Source: Saccostrea cucullata (lineage: Eukaryota). From it: a stretch of 64,000 nt of DNA. Below the pieces are notes generated by a model. The model was not told the origin of the DNA, searched no databases, and was given only the letters and a program-made list of their open reading frames with translations. The stretch is taken from contig NW_026928013.1 in NCBI RefSeq assembly GCF_032062105.1, positions 1 through 64,000 on the forward strand, in the 5' to 3' direction. The position numbers and the translations under genes were made by a program. Positions 61,917-64,000 of this stretch are shown here, piece by piece; within the stretch, counting starts at the first letter, position 1, and each line of letters begins with the position of its first letter.

Positions 61917-63701
61917 ATGGTTTCTTTGACGGAGAAGGTGGTCCTGAAACGTTACATGACCCTCCCTCAGCCCGAGGACAGGGTGATGTGTGAGTACATC
62001 TGGATAGACGGCACGGGGGAGGGGATCCGCTCCAAGTGTAAGACTATGGACTTCGAACCAAAACACGCCAAAGGTAAAAATTGATGTTTTTAACACGAAA
62101 CGTACTCACTAAAAATTTCATCATTTCAACCACAGTCAAACACAAAATGTAAAATGTGACTGTAGCTCTATTGGTTTGTTTTTAACCGGTATAATAAAGA
62201 AAAGAAAAGTAGCAGTTGGGACTTAAAACTTTACAAAAGCAATGAATAGAATAATGATCCTTGATTAAGTGAGGCAAGATTGCAATAAGACTACAGCTGT
62301 AGGTGTAGCTTTTAATAAAATTTTACTGAATTTTCAATTTAAATTTCTATGGAAACATAAATCATCAAAATCAAAAACACAAAACTGTTAATTATGTATC
62401 TCAGTGTAGTCTGCTTGCATTCCAGATTATATTATAATCAGACTCAAACTGTATTTGGAGTAGCATTTTAAAAGTATTTCACAGATATTACTATTTTTAG
62501 TAACCAAGACAACATCATTAATCAAAAATTAAAAACCGATACACAGAATTATGTATCTTAGTGTAGTCTACTTGTGTGCCAAGTTATATTGAAATCAGAC
62601 CAAAACTGTAGGAGGAGTAGCGGATTTGGAGGGGGTATAGTTACATTTTGAATGATTTTCAAAAAAATTCTATTTTTAGTAACAACGGCGACACCGTTCA
62701 TCGAAATCAAAAACCGATATACAGAATTATGTATCTTAGTGTAGTCTACTTGTGTGCCAAGTTATATTGAAAATTGATCTCAAATCAGACCAAAACTGTA
62801 GTAGGAGTAGCATTTTGAATGAATTAAAAAAAAAATCTATTTTTAGTAACAACGGCAAGACCGTTCATTGAAATCAAAAACCGATATACAGAATTATGTA
62901 TCTAAAAGTAGTTTACTTGTGTGCCAAGTTATACTGAAATCAGACCAAAACTGTAGGAGGAGTAGCATTTTGAAAAATTGTTTACAGACAGACAGACAGA
63001 CAGCTAGACAGACGGACGGACGCCGGACGCATAACTATCGCATAAGCTCATCTGGTCTCTGACCAGTATAGCTAAAAATTAAGACTACGCCCCTTGAATG
63101 ACCGAAATATCGATAAATGGATATGAAAACTGACTCATTTTCTTTTAAATACTTATTGAAATTTTTTTTTTAATCAGAGTGCCCGGTTTGGAATTACGAT
63201 GGTTCCAGTACGTTTCAGGCCGAGGGCTCCAATTCGGACATGTACCTCCACCCCGTGGCGCTGTACAATGATCCCTTCCGACTTGGCAAAAACAAACTAG
63301 TGTTGTGTGAGGTGTACAAATACAACAACAAACCAGCGGGTAAATCAATGCAAACAATACTGTTTATATATATTTCTTGTTTATATATTTCTCACGTACT
63401 TTCAGGAAAACAAGCACTTGAGAGTTCACAGCTGGTCAGCATTACAAACCCTTGTGATCTCTGACCACGTGAAATAAAGCAAACAACTTGATGAACCAGA
63501 ACTGCTCATTGAATGAAAAAAAGTTTGAATCAATAAATTATTATTTATTTTCAGAAAGCAACAACCGTAAATCTTGTAATGAGGTTTGTGAAAAGGTCAA
63601 AGAGGATCAGCCTTGGTTCGGGATAGAGCAGGAATATACACTTCTGGACATCGACAAGTATCCGTTCGGATGGCCGAAAAACGGATTTCCCGGGCCACAG
63701 G
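61917..63701 (+). CDS. GLUL: Glutamine synthetase type II, first three coding exons (gene continues beyond the window)
   Basis: Exons 61917-62073 ([15 protein letters not shown]), 63178-63339 ([25 protein letters not shown]...DPFR...LVLCEV), 63555-63701 ([11 protein letters not shown]...GWP..GFPGPQG). Phase-1 GT-AG introns. Confidence 0.97.
62270..63078 (+). mobile_element. Helentron/HINE-like element with ~4 tandem 160-180-bp units in GS intron 1
   Basis: Repeated aaaaaccgatatacagaattatgtatcttagtgtagtctacttgtgtgccaagttatattgaaatcagaccaaaactgta. GACA/GACG microsatellite at 62987-63022. Terminal palindrome ctggtctctgaccag followed by agctaaaaa. Confidence 0.8.
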
Positions 63702-63714
63702 GTTAGTTAATGCT

Positions 63715-64000
63715 CTTTTTATCACCTCCTCGCGACGGATTTGGAGGGGGTATAGTTACACGCTTGCGTGTGTGGTGGGTGGGTTAGAGTGTCCTTGTGT
63801 GCGTAACGGACATGACGGAACTGATGTCGAATACAGCATTGATTTATAGATATGCATTTTTGCAAGGGGATGCTCTGCTTGGCAGTGATTTTGTAGTTTT
63901 TTTTATGTTTAACCAAACTTTGTAGAAAATGTAAATATAAGTCGCAGACCAAAAAGGAATACAAAATTCTTGAAAATCTATAGTAGAAAGAAACTAAGGA
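63715..64000 (-). mobile_element. End of another Helentron-like repeat in GS intron 3
   Basis: tttttatcacctcc...ggagggggtatag hairpin followed by a GT-rich microsatellite, the layout seen at 361-438. Confidence 0.45.

Overview
AT-rich, intron-rich animal genomic DNA, most likely an oyster (Crassostrea/Magallana-like bivalve), judged from a Cg170-like satellite and Helentron-type repeats. I built six protein-coding models by hand from GT-AG splice sites and reading-frame phase. (1) A 12-exon SOHLH2-like germline bHLH factor (minus, 2232-8299) whose exons 3-5 spell a complete two-component-type receiver (REC/CheY-like) domain lacking the phospho-acceptor Asp. (2) A 7-exon orphan type-I membrane protein (minus, 10385-18131) in which one exon end and its splice donor are tandemly amplified 11 times. 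(3) An intronless orphan protein ending in a CaaX box (minus, 24628-25269). (4) Lhx2/9 (apterous; plus, 28013-46305) with uORFs and long introns. (5) An intronless TSSK-like kinase with an altered catalytic loop (plus, 53849-55108). (6) The 5' part of glutamine synthetase (plus, from 61917). Between them lie Helentron/HINE-like satellite-bearing elements, two MITEs and minisatellites. The top candidate for a little-described system is the pseudo-receiver-bHLH fusion. Family assignments come from motif recognition and recalled sequences; no database searches were run.
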